Below are positions 8,809-19,193 of a DNA stretch of 64,000 nucleotides, one piece after another. The notes under the pieces were generated by a model. That model saw only the letters and a program-made list of their open reading frames with translations, was not told the DNA's origin and did no database searches. The position numbers and the translations under genes are program-made. Each line of letters opens with the position of its first letter. The first letter of the stretch is position 1. This DNA comes from Bacteriovoracaceae bacterium (GTDB lineage Bacteria; Bdellovibrionota; Bacteriovoracia; Bacteriovoracales; Bacteriovoracaceae): assembly GCA_048270185.1 (NCBI GenBank), contig JBLWTJ010000002.1, positions 288,001 to 352,000 of the forward strand. The letters are read 5' to 3'.

Positions 8809-8996
8809 AATACTCTCCCCCGAGCGAGCTAGCATTGTACCCAAGACAAAATCTTAATTCAAGAGAAGTACGCACTTGTAAACTACCAGAATTATGGCTT
8901 TTTCACGAAAACCTAGGCCTGACACAAGGCGCATAACTAAATATTTGAGCAAAAAGTACCGATATAGAGCATGAAATAAATTAGACGAGGGATTCT

Positions 8997-9941
8997 ATGA
9001 AATTGAGTGCTAAGATTTGCGTATTGATGCTTACATGCCAAATGAGTTTTGGTTCAGTCTTTAGTGTTATTAAGTCTGCTGGGCGAAGCCTGAATGACCT
9101 TCTTATTAAGAGTGGGGTTATTGATGCTGAAGTAAGAAATGTTGTTGTGCGAAACCTTGATCTTGCGATGAAGGATTTATCACCAACAGGACTTAAAGAG
9201 GACTTCACATTAGAAGGACTTGGCAAGCTAATCAAAGATGCAAAGGATAAGGCCAAGTTTAGAAAAGTATCTCAAACTTTTACAAAAGATGCGCCAGGTG
9301 GCCAAGAGCTAAAAGAGGCCATCAATGACTTCGTTTACTTATCACAACGATATGGCCTTAAAAAGAATGCTATTCTTTCATGTGCACCATGTGTGAATAA
9401 GAATCTAGCGGATAATGGTTTTAATTTTGTTCTCTCTGAGATGAAAGATGATATCTCCCAAAGAATTTTCAATGTTATGTCTCGCTACAACTCGCCAGAG
9501 AAAATGCAAAGACAGCTTAATATTACAATTAAGAAACAGAATTGGTCTTCAAGAGTTCCAAGCCTAAGTGCAACTGATGAAGAAGCACTACTCTACTTCT
9601 TAACAGCTGAAACAATTGGTTCATCTTCACAGAAGGAATTAATCTCTGCTATTAAGGAAGTTTCAGTCTCAGGTGGTAAGGTTGATTTATTCAGTAATTT
9701 CAATGGTCATAAATTCTACTCATTCCTATCGAGTGGGTTTAGTGATGCTGAAATGAGTGAGTTAACAAGAATTCTTAAAGAGACAGCTTCAGAGATGAAG
9801 GAGAATAAGAAAGGTACAATGGATGCTTTCTATGATGTTCTTCAAAAAGAAGCTGATGAAGCAAGAACACCAGCTGCTCGTCAAAAGAAGCTGGCATTAC
9901 TTGAATATCTAAAAGATGGTAATAACTGTTTTAAAAAATAA
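8997..9941 (+). CDS. secreted hypothetical protein
   Basis: 314-aa ORF with GAGG SD, signal-peptide-like N-terminus and a CAPC motif. Confidence 0.75.
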   Translation: MKLSAKICVLMLTCQMSFGSVFSVIKSAGRSLNDLLIKSGVIDAEVRNVVVRNLDLAMKDLSPTGLKEDFTLEGLGKLIKDAKDKAKFRKVSQTFTKDAPGGQELKEAINDFVYLSQRYGLKKNAILSCAPCVNKNLADNGFNFVLSEMKDDISQRIFNVMSRYNSPEKMQRQLNITIKKQNWSSRVPSLSATDEEALLYFLTAETIGSSSQKELISAIKEVSVSGGKVDLFSNFNGHKFYSFLSSGFSDAEMSELTRILKETASEMKENKKGTMDAFYDVLQKEADEARTPAARQKKLALLEYLKDGNNCFKK

Positions 9942-9947
9942 TTTTCA

Positions 9948-12900
9948 TTAAAAGATTTCAATGCTTCCTAGCGCTCCATTATCACTTACTTGTAGGATTT
10001 TGAGAGCGTTTAGGTAGTGTTGTAAACTTCCAATATTTTCTTCTTCAATTGTTTCTTTCATAACTTTGTAAGCTAGTCCTTCAAACTCAGGCGCTTTAAA
10101 AAGCGATTTTACATCAGCACTTGCCCATAGGTACTTTGCAAATGCGTGCTCAGTTTCACCATTTGGAGCATACAGAAGCTGAGTTACTTTGGCCTTAAGA
10201 GCCTCCTCACCTGCCGCGGCTGCTTCGCTTAGGTCGATATTGTTATTCTTCATAAAGTTTCTAACGGCACGATCTGAGTCAAGGTTAGCTGTTACACTAT
10301 CAACGATTTGCTTCTTAACTTTTACGAGCATTGCCTGTGCTTCTTTTGCTTCTGCTTGTGGCATTTTAGTCATGGCCTTTGAAAGTGAAACATCAAGTCC
10401 CTTATAAAGATCACCAACAGTTTCTGCCATTAGAACTCTCTTAAGTCCTAGAGCTTCACGAGCTGATTTTCTTGCGACTTCTGAGATCAGTCTTGCACGT
10501 GAAGTGAAGATCTTCTTGATTAACACACCCTCACCAATTTCAGAAAGAACAGGTAGTCTTCTTCCAAAGAATCCACCAGTGTGTGGCATTCCCTGAAGTA
10601 GCATAAATGGCATATCTCTCTTTCTAAGTGGAATCTTAACGAAGATTTCAGTTAGATCATCAGCATTCTTAGCAATAAAGTCAGCTAGCTCTGCTTCAGG
10701 AAGTCTTTGTAGTTGATCATAGATCTTTAAGAACTTCGCTCTATTCTTAGCAAGGTTTGCTGTATTTTCAGACCATGCACGAACAATCCAATTTGTTCCT
10801 TTCATATAACGACCTTGAGATGCTTTCATCATTCTAAGTCTTGCACGTGCTGCTTCTGAAGACTTTCTAAACCAACCAGAGTTTAGTCTCTTCACATAGC
10901 TTCCCATGTAATTTCTAAGTTGTAGTGGACTTCCGTTGAAAAGCTTCGCAACAGTTTGCCCAAGAGCATCATCTACATTCTTATAAGTTAAGTTAACAGC
11001 AACATCAGATGTATAACGGTAGATACCACCATTCGCTTTTGTTAAAGCTGTTTCAATCTTCTTAACGATATCTTTCAGTGCCATATCATATGTTGATTTC
11101 GTAAGCTTTCCAGCTCTGTAGTTCGCTTCAATCTTATCTAATTTCTTAAGTGTACTTTCAACAAAGTCATCACCTAGATCAAGATTCTTAAGACTTGTAG
11201 CAATATCATCAATTGACTTAGAAGATACTAAGTTCTTGAATACGTCTTTATACTTTTTAAGGCCAAGTACAAGCTTTGCAAATTCAACTTCAGATTCATT
11301 TACGATTACTGAAGCGCTCTTTCCTGATTGCTTAAGAGCTTCTTTGATACCAAGCTTGGCACGATTCTTTACGATTGCCTTTAGAGATTCTTTAAAGATT
11401 TTTGATCCAACAGAAATACTTCGAGTTAGAATTGAGATCATTGATAGAGTTCCAATAACTTCAAATGCTACTGCCATCCAACCACGAGCAACATTCTCTG
11501 TTGCATTAGAATCTGTGAATCCAAGGTCGGCCATTTGACCAACATACTCTTCACTATCATCGGCACGAAATTTTACTTTTGTTTCAAGTCTAATCGCATT
11601 TGCCTGCATACCAAAACCGATTGCACCAGCTCCAGCGATTGCTAGGCCACATAGACCCCCCGTTAGGATTGTACAAGAACCTGCGGCAAGAACAGCTCCC
11701 ATTCCTAGTAGAAATCCGAAGATACCATTATACATTGCCCATTTCTCGTCACTTGACCAATCACCCATACGATCCATTAATTCTTGTGGAACCGCAGGGA
11801 TACCAAGAAGTTGGTTAAGTTGATCTTGAACCTTAACAGTTGCAAAGAAATTTTCCTTCAGACTATCAATATCATTTTCATCGATCTGACAGAAAGCATT
11901 CAGCTTTGCATATGTTTCTTTCTGACGCTTTTGCGCTGACTTCTTTAGGATTTCCATATAGACAGGGGCCTTAAGATCAGCATTGAGCTTCATAAAATTA
12001 TGTACTAATTCATAGTCGTCAAAGATATCAATATTACTTGGACGTGATTCAAAGATTGCTTGTCTTTCTTTGTGAGACTTTGCTGCAAGGATCTCTTTGT
12101 AGAAGGCGATTTTTTCAACATCTTCTTCTTGGAGACGCTTATCAAGCTTCTGCTCTGTTTCCCACATTAGACGATCTTGAATAAGATCTGAAGCTGCACT
12201 TTCAATTTGATTGCGATCAATTGTTACTTTAGAAGCAAGCTCATCAACCATTTGAAATGCTTTCTTTCCTGTTCTTAGTTTTGCAGTAAAGATCTGAGTC
12301 GTATCTTTGTTGTACTTGTCATAAATATTATTCCAAAGAGCAACATACTCATCTTTTTTCATATAACGAGTTAAGAAGTCAGGCTCGATTGGACGATCAA
12401 CCATTAATTCTTCTGCTGCTTCATCTAGGCGCTCAATATAATTAGTCATGCTATTATTGAAACAAGTGTAGCTATAATCAACTCTCATTCCACGAGCAGT
12501 CTTCTTCATCTTCTTAACTTGACCGTTTTTAATGCTTGTTAGTTCTTCTCTCGCAATTAGGTATCCCAGTCTTACCTTAGCAAGAGGATTAAGTGCTTGC
12601 ATCTGACCAAGAAGGTAGTCATATTCATTTGTAATTAGCTCAGGGAAAACCTTTGCGTTATCTCTTAGGAAGTAAAATACAGAAGCTAGAATTAAGTAGT
12701 TTTGAGCTACTTCTCTAGTATTTAATCTTGATACAGGAAGATACTTTCCATCTAGCTTTAGAGTATCGATATAGTTTGAGACACGATCAAGAAAGCTTTT
12801 ATTACGACTAACGCCAGAACAGATGCTTCCTACTCTGTGGTTACAATAAGAAATAAGCATATTATTATTCTTTGAACCTGGAGCATATTCTTTATCATCT

Positions 12901-14567
12901 TTTAATTCAATAATTTTTTCTTGAAGTGCATTGATTGCCCAATTTCTAAATGCTTCTTGCGAGTTTAAAGATGGGAATGCTACTTTAATCTTATTTGCTT
13001 GAAGTTTGTTCTTAAGCTCAGAACTGATAATATCTTCAAGTTTTTCTGTACGTGCACTTGCAAGCTTAGAAGCGATATAAGGTGAAGCATTCATCGCTGC
13101 TGGATAAATATCTTCTTCGTACTTCTCACCCATCTCAAAAATATCAACTTTAATAGTCTTATTTTCTGGAACCGATCCAATGATATCGCTAATTAGAGTA
13201 AAGTCTTTTCTCGTTACTTTCTTCTTACCACGTGCACGGCCACCTTTAGAGTAGTAAACATCATCACGGTAAAGTTGCATAACTTGACCCATCTTCATAT
13301 CAATATACTTCTGATAAGCTTCTACTTCATCAAAACCAGCTCTTAATAGACGACTTGGGTAATTCTTTGCTTCCTTCCCGCTTTCTGATCTTAGGAAATT
13401 CTCAACAGAAGTTGAAGCAATCATTGTATCAGATAGAGGGTTAATTTCTTGTGCTTCTCTTACCGACATAAGCTCCAGATTAGCTTCATCATAAGATAGC
13501 CCCATATTCTTCATTAGATTCTCTAAGTAAGCTTCAGATAGTGATGGATCAACCTTAAGTTTTAACATCTCTGGCCATGAACCATTTTGACGAGTACGAC
13601 ATGAACGAGGGATAACAACTGGACTATCAAGTGAATCAATCATGACATCATAGTTCTTAATTTGTGATGCCATCATCTGAATCGTAAGAAGTCTTAAAGC
13701 GTATAGATAGTTCTTCCCACTTGGCGATTCATTGATTGTTACGATATCTCTTTTTGCATTATAGAAAGAGTTAAGCTTTACAATGGCAAAGTCACCTTCA
13801 AATTCAACCTTAAAAAAGATCTTATCTGTAACTTCACCGTGAACAAGAATATTGTATAATTCAGTTTCTTCTTCTAGGAAGTTAGTTGAAAGACGTGGAA
13901 TAATTTGATCAATTTGAATTTGAGAAGTATTAATAAATGGCTTAAGAATTACCTTTATATCATGAAGACCTTTAATAATTGAATCATTGTAAGCAAGAAG
14001 AAGTTGCTCTTTATCTTCATATGACTCATTTGAATTATTGATGATATTTTCGATGTGAGTTTTAAGCTTCTTTGCACGATTGAAATATGAAACTGCTTTT
14101 GAGTAGTCAAATTTCATGCGTTCAGTGATTTCAACATCAACGCTCTCATCTAATTCAATCTTTGCAATTTCTTCCGAAAGACCAGTAAAGAGACTATCCC
14201 CTCTCTTTTCAATCGCTGCTGGCTCTTTTTTAGCGACTGGATCTTCATTATAATCTTTAGTACGACATGAGTTCTTCTTAAGTTCACCAAGAAAAGTCAT
14301 AAACTCAGTTTCACTACTTGCTTCACCTGCGCTTTGAGAAGCTGCTTGCTGCTTAAACATTTCTGCAAATTGATTCATTTGATCATCAGAAAGTTTATTT
14401 GAAACATTTCCTCTTAGGCTCTTCTTAAGAAATGCCAATTCTCTTAGGACTTCAGAGATCTCTGGCTGGCTTGCAATAATACGAGAATTCTCAAGTGTTT
14501 GAGCAAAGGCCATCTGAAATGAGCACATGAATACAATAAATAGAGTAGCAAGTTTTGATATCTTCAT
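9948..14567 (-). CDS. large secreted hypothetical protein with internal Gly-rich hydrophobic hairpin
   Basis: 1539-aa ORF; signal peptide ending AFA; hydrophobic segment GIFGFLLGMGAVLAAGSCTILTGGLCGLAIAGAGAIGFG. Confidence 0.8.
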   Translation of the reverse strand: MKISKLATLFIVFMCSFQMAFAQTLENSRIIASQPEISEVLRELAFLKKSLRGNVSNKLSDDQMNQFAEMFKQQAASQSAGEASSETEFMTFLGELKKNSCRTKDYNEDPVAKKEPAAIEKRGDSLFTGLSEEIAKIELDESVDVEITERMKFDYSKAVSYFNRAKKLKTHIENIINNSNESYEDKEQLLLAYNDSIIKGLHDIKVILKPFINTSQIQIDQIIPRLSTNFLEEETELYNILVHGEVTDKIFFKVEFEGDFAIVKLNSFYNAKRDIVTINESPSGKNYLYALRLLTIQMMASQIKNYDVMIDSLDSPVVIPRSCRTRQNGSWPEMLKLKVDPSLSEAYLENLMKNMGLSYDEANLELMSVREAQEINPLSDTMIASTSVENFLRSESGKEAKNYPSRLLRAGFDEVEAYQKYIDMKMGQVMQLYRDDVYYSKGGRARGKKKVTRKDFTLISDIIGSVPENKTIKVDIFEMGEKYEEDIYPAAMNASPYIASKLASARTEKLEDIISSELKNKLQANKIKVAFPSLNSQEAFRNWAINALQEKIIELKDDKEYAPGSKNNNMLISYCNHRVGSICSGVSRNKSFLDRVSNYIDTLKLDGKYLPVSRLNTREVAQNYLILASVFYFLRDNAKVFPELITNEYDYLLGQMQALNPLAKVRLGYLIAREELTSIKNGQVKKMKKTARGMRVDYSYTCFNNSMTNYIERLDEAAEELMVDRPIEPDFLTRYMKKDEYVALWNNIYDKYNKDTTQIFTAKLRTGKKAFQMVDELASKVTIDRNQIESAASDLIQDRLMWETEQKLDKRLQEEDVEKIAFYKEILAAKSHKERQAIFESRPSNIDIFDDYELVHNFMKLNADLKAPVYMEILKKSAQKRQKETYAKLNAFCQIDENDIDSLKENFFATVKVQDQLNQLLGIPAVPQELMDRMGDWSSDEKWAMYNGIFGFLLGMGAVLAAGSCTILTGGLCGLAIAGAGAIGFGMQANAIRLETKVKFRADDSEEYVGQMADLGFTDSNATENVARGWMAVAFEVIGTLSMISILTRSISVGSKIFKESLKAIVKNRAKLGIKEALKQSGKSASVIVNESEVEFAKLVLGLKKYKDVFKNLVSSKSIDDIATSLKNLDLGDDFVESTLKKLDKIEANYRAGKLTKSTYDMALKDIVKKIETALTKANGGIYRYTSDVAVNLTYKNVDDALGQTVAKLFNGSPLQLRNYMGSYVKRLNSGWFRKSSEAARARLRMMKASQGRYMKGTNWIVRAWSENTANLAKNRAKFLKIYDQLQRLPEAELADFIAKNADDLTEIFVKIPLRKRDMPFMLLQGMPHTGGFFGRRLPVLSEIGEGVLIKKIFTSRARLISEVARKSAREALGLKRVLMAETVGDLYKGLDVSLSKAMTKMPQAEAKEAQAMLVKVKKQIVDSVTANLDSDRAVRNFMKNNNIDLSEAAAAGEEALKAKVTQLLYAPNGETEHAFAKYLWASADVKSLFKAPEFEGLAYKVMKETIEEENIGSLQHYLNALKILQVSDNGALGSIEIF

Positions 14568-14578
14568 GCCCTATAAGA

Positions 14579-14594
14579 TGCAATCAAGATGCCA
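14579..14594 (-). promoter_or_regulatory. sigma54 (-24/-12) promoter
   Basis: TGGCATCTTGATTGCA matches TGGCACG-N4-TTGC with exact spacing. Confidence 0.7.
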
Positions 14595-14695
14595 AGTATG
14601 TATCAGATAAAGCCTGTAAATACAGTATGTTACATTTTTACAGGGTGTTTAAACTATGAACAGTGTCAGCTGAATACGCGCCTTTATGCTAGCTG

Positions 14696-15817
14696 CTAGA
14701 TGGCCTCATTTAAGGCAAAGTACATCGTAAATTCCTTCTCGCGCCCATAAGCAATATCTACTCGAGAGTTCAAATTTTGTTTAGGAAGAATCTTGTAGCG
14801 AATCCCAGTACCAATATGAGGGAGAGGATCTGAGCTAAAGAGATCTGACTCAATGATATTGCCAACTCGAGACTCTCCTCCAAAGACAAAACCGATTCCA
14901 GCAAATCCGGCCACACCAAATTTACCATCAGCAATTGATGTAAAGTAATGCTTGTACTCTCCCTCAAAGCGAATCATGTTAGCACCTTCATAAACTTTTC
15001 CCGTATATCCACGTGGCCCTCGAGAGCCATAGTTGTAATTATAATTTGGATTTGTATCACCTAGGTTAAAGCTTGAGTCAAAGAGCCAAGAGAAAAGATG
15101 ATTTGGGTTATTGTTCATGGAGATATACTGCGAGAAAGTCGCTTCAAGTGTTGTGATATTATCATCTCCACCAAAGTTCTCACGGTATAAATTTGTACGA
15201 GTATTTAGATAGAAACCACTTGTTGGAGAGAAAGTATTATCGCGTGTATCGTAGAATAAATTAAATTTTAATCCAGTATTAGTGGCATAACTTTGAGGGT
15301 TTGTATCGGCTTGAAAAATAACCTCATTCCAAACAACTCCCCCACCAATGAAGAGGTCTTTCCAAACACGACGATTAATATTAATAATCACTGCGCGAAT
15401 CTTATTTGAAGTATCTAAGAAACGATCAAGATCTGATTGAAACATTTCACTTAGGATATCACCTTCAATATAACCACCAGTAAGACGCCACTTATCTTCA
15501 CCAAGATGAAGCTTTGTCCCAACGGCTCCCATCGAAGTTCCATTTGTCGTCACTTTTCCAAAGGCACCAAGGATTGAAGGAGGTACAGGTTTTTTACTAT
15601 TCTTATACTTTCCACCATTTGCATCAAAGAGGTACATCCCAATTAGGTTAAGTCCAAACTTTGTACTAGGAACGTAAGAAGGACCTGGAACAATTACAAA
15701 CTGTCCATCTTTAACACCTGAAGAACTTGTGGAAGCCTTTACATCACGTTGCACTTCTTGGGCAAAAGTCATAGAATTGAAAAGGTAAACGAATAAGATA
15801 ACGACGATGTATTTCAT
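14696..15817 (-). CDS. Omp85 (BamA/TamA-like) outer-membrane beta-barrel lacking POTRA domains
   Basis: Signal peptide; YDTRDN..P.SG, PRGY, GTGIRY motifs; C-terminal FALNEAI. Confidence 0.8.
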   Translation of the reverse strand: MKYIVVILFVYLFNSMTFAQEVQRDVKASTSSSGVKDGQFVIVPGPSYVPSTKFGLNLIGMYLFDANGGKYKNSKKPVPPSILGAFGKVTTNGTSMGAVGTKLHLGEDKWRLTGGYIEGDILSEMFQSDLDRFLDTSNKIRAVIININRRVWKDLFIGGGVVWNEVIFQADTNPQSYATNTGLKFNLFYDTRDNTFSPTSGFYLNTRTNLYRENFGGDDNITTLEATFSQYISMNNNPNHLFSWLFDSSFNLGDTNPNYNYNYGSRGPRGYTGKVYEGANMIRFEGEYKHYFTSIADGKFGVAGFAGIGFVFGGESRVGNIIESDLFSSDPLPHIGTGIRYKILPKQNLNSRVDIAYGREKEFTMYFALNEAI

Positions 15818-15828
15818 TTAGGAAGCCT

Positions 15829-16371
15829 ATGTTTAAATATATTTCATTATTTTTAACAATTTCATTTATTTATGCAAATAATAATAGCTTCTATCAGACA
15901 GTATTTCCAGACCTCGCAAAAACTAGACAAGTAAAAGTCGTTGATAAAATTAGTGATAATCCAATTAATACAAGTGTTCAGATCGCCTATAATACAAAAG
16001 GTAAGAAGCTAGGGTTTATTCGTGAAGTTAACACGACAACAGGTTGTGACAGTGCTTGTCTTCCCGTCATCTTCACTCTCTTTTATAATACAAAGTATGA
16101 GTTCATAAAATTAAAATCAAAAGTTGGTCTAACAAAGAAGTTTCATAAACCTATGACTGATGACGATCTCAATCGCCTTCAGTTACTTCTTGGGATTAAT
16201 CCTCAAATCTTTAAATCAGTGAAAGATCCAAAAGAATTAACAGATGCGCTAAGTGGGGCCACGAAGCCAGCCTATGTCGATTCAGTTGTTAAGGATGCTG
16301 CTTATTCGACGCTTAGGATTAACTTATACAACCAGGACACGATAATACAGTTAAAAAACTTGGGGTTATAA
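15829..16371 (+). CDS. exported FMN-binding-domain-like protein
   Basis: N-terminal hydrophobic signal; DALSGAT flavinylation-type motif; CDSAC. Confidence 0.6.
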   Translation: MFKYISLFLTISFIYANNNSFYQTVFPDLAKTRQVKVVDKISDNPINTSVQIAYNTKGKKLGFIREVNTTTGCDSACLPVIFTLFYNTKYEFIKLKSKVGLTKKFHKPMTDDDLNRLQLLLGINPQIFKSVKDPKELTDALSGATKPAYVDSVVKDAAYSTLRINLYNQDTIIQLKNLGL

Positions 16372-17787
16372 GCTAATTCTAAAAGTAGTATGTGGCATAT
16401 TATCAATAAGGTTAAGATCAAAACCAGAACGTGTCAGTAGTTGTTTTGAAATTGATAAACCTATGCCATTGCCATCATGGTTTGACTTAGTTGAAAAACC
16501 TAGCTCAAAAATTGAATTGGCAACTGTATGACTTATTCCATCTCCACTATCGATGACTTCAATAATTGCATCATTTGCACTAGTTCTTATTTTTATCCAA
16601 GGAGTCTCAGTGTTGTCAGTGGAATTAGTTAACTCATCAATGGCATTTTTCAAGAGATTAACAATACACATTGATAGCTCTGCCTGGTTACAGTTAATTT
16701 CAAAATCTTCAATTTCTTGGATGAGCTTGATCCCGGTATCTTTTAGTCTTTGTTCCACTAACTCGATTGATTCATTTGCAATCTCACGTATTGAGGCAGG
16801 ATGTGAATCGCTTGAAAAATTATTCTTAAATACATTCATGTAGAGATTAGTAATCTCTAAAATTCTCGAGTTATGTTTTGATATTGTCTTTACAGGAGTA
16901 AAGATTAAATCCTCTTTCTTAGCCGACTTTAGAATTTTTTGTATTTTCTGAACCGCAAGATCAACGATGAAAACATGGTTCTTAATATCATGAGCAATAC
17001 TAGCTGCAGCAAAGCCAAAATGTGCGGCCTTAGATAAATGAATAACTTCTTTTTCGAGAGTTAACATCTTTTCAATAGAGCGCTTACTATAGTGTAAATT
17101 AAATCGAATCGCTTCAAAGACATTACCTAAGTAGAATAGAGGAAGTATTGAGCCAGCAGCTTTAATCCCTATTGCATTATCATTAAAGGCCACGGCCAAG
17201 GAAATAATCATACCAATTTTTTAAAAAGCTTCTTTTCTCTTTTGCTTATTTATATATAGCCAAATTATAGCACTTGTATAAACGACGAGAATACCTCCAA
17301 TAACTCCCATTGTTTGACCAATGATATTAGGAGAAATTGTGACCTTCATTGCACGATAAAAAAGACTCTCTCCAGCTATCGGAGATATATTGAAAAGAAA
17401 ATTATAGTCAGACATAAGATATGTTGCATTACAGATAGTTTGAGTGACAGCATAGAGAATACAATACACTTTTAAGAATGAAAGTTGCCATATTCTTTTC
17501 TCAAAGTATGCCTCAAGTGATCTCAGATAGAAAAAGTATGCAAGAAAGGCAAAGGCCCAAGTCATCCCAAGTAGTGTATTTGAATATAAAACATTTTCAA
17601 TATGTGTATTTACTGCCAATAAAACACAGTAAATAGCCGTCGTTAGACACATAAATAAGTACCACAGAACTCGGCGGTCATTTAATTTTCTGAAATTAGT
17701 TACAGCGACAAGTAGTTAATAGACAAAGAAAGTCCCTGCTGCAGTTGTGAGATAACGTAATAAGAAAGTATATTGCTCTAAATTCAT
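16366..17787 (-). pseudogene. membrane sensor histidine kinase interrupted by two in-frame TAA codons
   Basis: One continuous frame from ATG 17787 to 16366 (474 codons) with TAA at 17716-17718 and 17221-17223; multi-TM N-terminus; HDIKN H-box, NLLKNA, DSGDG, GFSTK and GNGIGL boxes. Confidence 0.75.
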
Positions 17788-17885
17788 CTAATCGTAACTA
17801 CTTTAAAAAATGACAATATTAGTAAATAGATTAAAGAATTATAAAGGGTTTAACAAATTATATTTAATGGCGTAAGGCCTTAGCG

Positions 17886-19136
17886 TTAATACGCCCAAGC
17901 CTTAATAACAGGTGAAAACTCACCTTCACAAAAGAAGCCTAAGAATAGAGCATCATCTGCACCAACATCTCCTGAAGTCATGATACGACCCCAAGAATTA
18001 TCCGAAGAATTTTGAACTTTCTTACATGAAGTTTTCTCTGGCGAGTAATAGTAGTGATCTGTATGACCCATACAAATTTGGCATTTATTCTTCACATATT
18101 CATTTAAGTCAGAATTACTTCCATTCGGACAACGAATTCGATAATAGAAAGAGTCATCAGAATTTACATCGCCGCCAGTTTGTAGAGTTATTGTTCCACC
18201 AAAATTTGTGTTATAACTTTTCGATGAACTTGGAAATGCATTAATAGACGATGAGCTATCCGTATTATCCTTCCAACCAAAACCTATTGAACAACTTCTC
18301 ATGTAGTCTGTTAGTTCACTACCTGAAGAACAACTTGAAGAAATTCTGAAACGGTCATCCCCGTTTACATCTCCCCTCAGTCTTAAACCAACAAATCCGC
18401 CTGAATCCATATTGAGTGCAACATTTCGATAAGCTCCTCCCGCATCACTATGAGAGAATGTCATTGAGCATCCTTCTGGATAAGTGAAATCAGCAGCGGC
18501 CATTTTATCAACTCGTGAACAAGTTAGAATTCTCGTCTCACCACTCGATTCAGGAGATTGACCTGTTGCCATTCCCACATTGACTGCAAAGTCACTTATA
18601 ATTTCTCTAGTCTGAGTTGATGACATTTTCTTCGAAAGAACAGCTCTAATAATCCCTATATCATTGTGGGCCGAGCTATTGTTATAATCAGCTCCAGCAC
18701 CAGTTGGATTATTCATAATTAATTTTAGTGATTTAATTGTAAGCTTACCAAACTTAGACTTATCATCTGTACCTGGATTATCTTGGCCATTAAACTTTTT
18801 AAGAGTTCTTTGATCTCCGGCTTGATTAGCAAAATAAAGAGCGATATCAAGTCCTTCTGCTGTTTCATCATCAATTTCACTTTTTTTAAACACAACAGGA
18901 TCAGAGGGTACACCACTTGGGCCATTCCCGGCGAGACTAACTCGACAATGCTTTTCATCGTTTAGGAGTAATCTAACTGATGTTTCAAATTCAACTTCAT
19001 CAGAATTCGTTTGAGCAAAATTCTGTACATCTCTCATGTTCTTTGTCATTTGCATAAAAGCCAAGGCCAAACCACCTAATAAACCTGCTGCAACGACGAC
19101 TTCTGCGAGAGTAAATCCTTTCTTTGTAATCTTAAT
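17886..19136 (-). CDS. type IV prepilin/pseudopilin-like protein with three C-terminal Cys/GDV-x-x-DD repeats
   Basis: The frame upstream of the track's start encodes KKG|FTLAEVVVAAGLLGGLALAF (class III signal peptide); the only plausible start is ATT 19136 after AAGGA. Confidence 0.75.
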   Translation of the reverse strand: MKITKKGFTLAEVVVAAGLLGGLALAFMQMTKNMRDVQNFAQTNSDEVEFETSVRLLLNDEKHCRVSLAGNGPSGVPSDPVVFKKSEIDDETAEGLDIALYFANQAGDQRTLKKFNGQDNPGTDDKSKFGKLTIKSLKLIMNNPTGAGADYNNSSAHNDIGIIRAVLSKKMSSTQTREIISDFAVNVGMATGQSPESSGETRILTCSRVDKMAAADFTYPEGCSMTFSHSDAGGAYRNVALNMDSGGFVGLRLRGDVNGDDRFRISSSCSSGSELTDYMRSCSIGFGWKDNTDSSSSINAFPSSSKSYNTNFGGTITLQTGGDVNSDDSFYYRIRCPNGSNSDLNEYVKNKCQICMGHTDHYYYSPEKTSCKKVQNSSDNSWGRIMTSGDVGADDALFLGFFCEGEFSPVIKAWAY

Positions 19137-19153
19137 AACTTCTTCCTTGAAAT

Positions 19154-19180
19154 AAAAAAGGCCACCAATAGGTAGCCTTA
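19154..19180 (-). terminator. intrinsic terminator after fadD
   Basis: aaggctacc-tatt-ggtggcctttttt on the minus strand. Confidence 0.7.
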
Positions 19181-19193
19181 ATATGTTTAAGGC

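Noticed and set aside
16366..17787. Genome-wide TAA recoding
   Set aside because: TAA terminates many normal genes in the window (leuS, metG, gap, pgk), so the two internal stops are local
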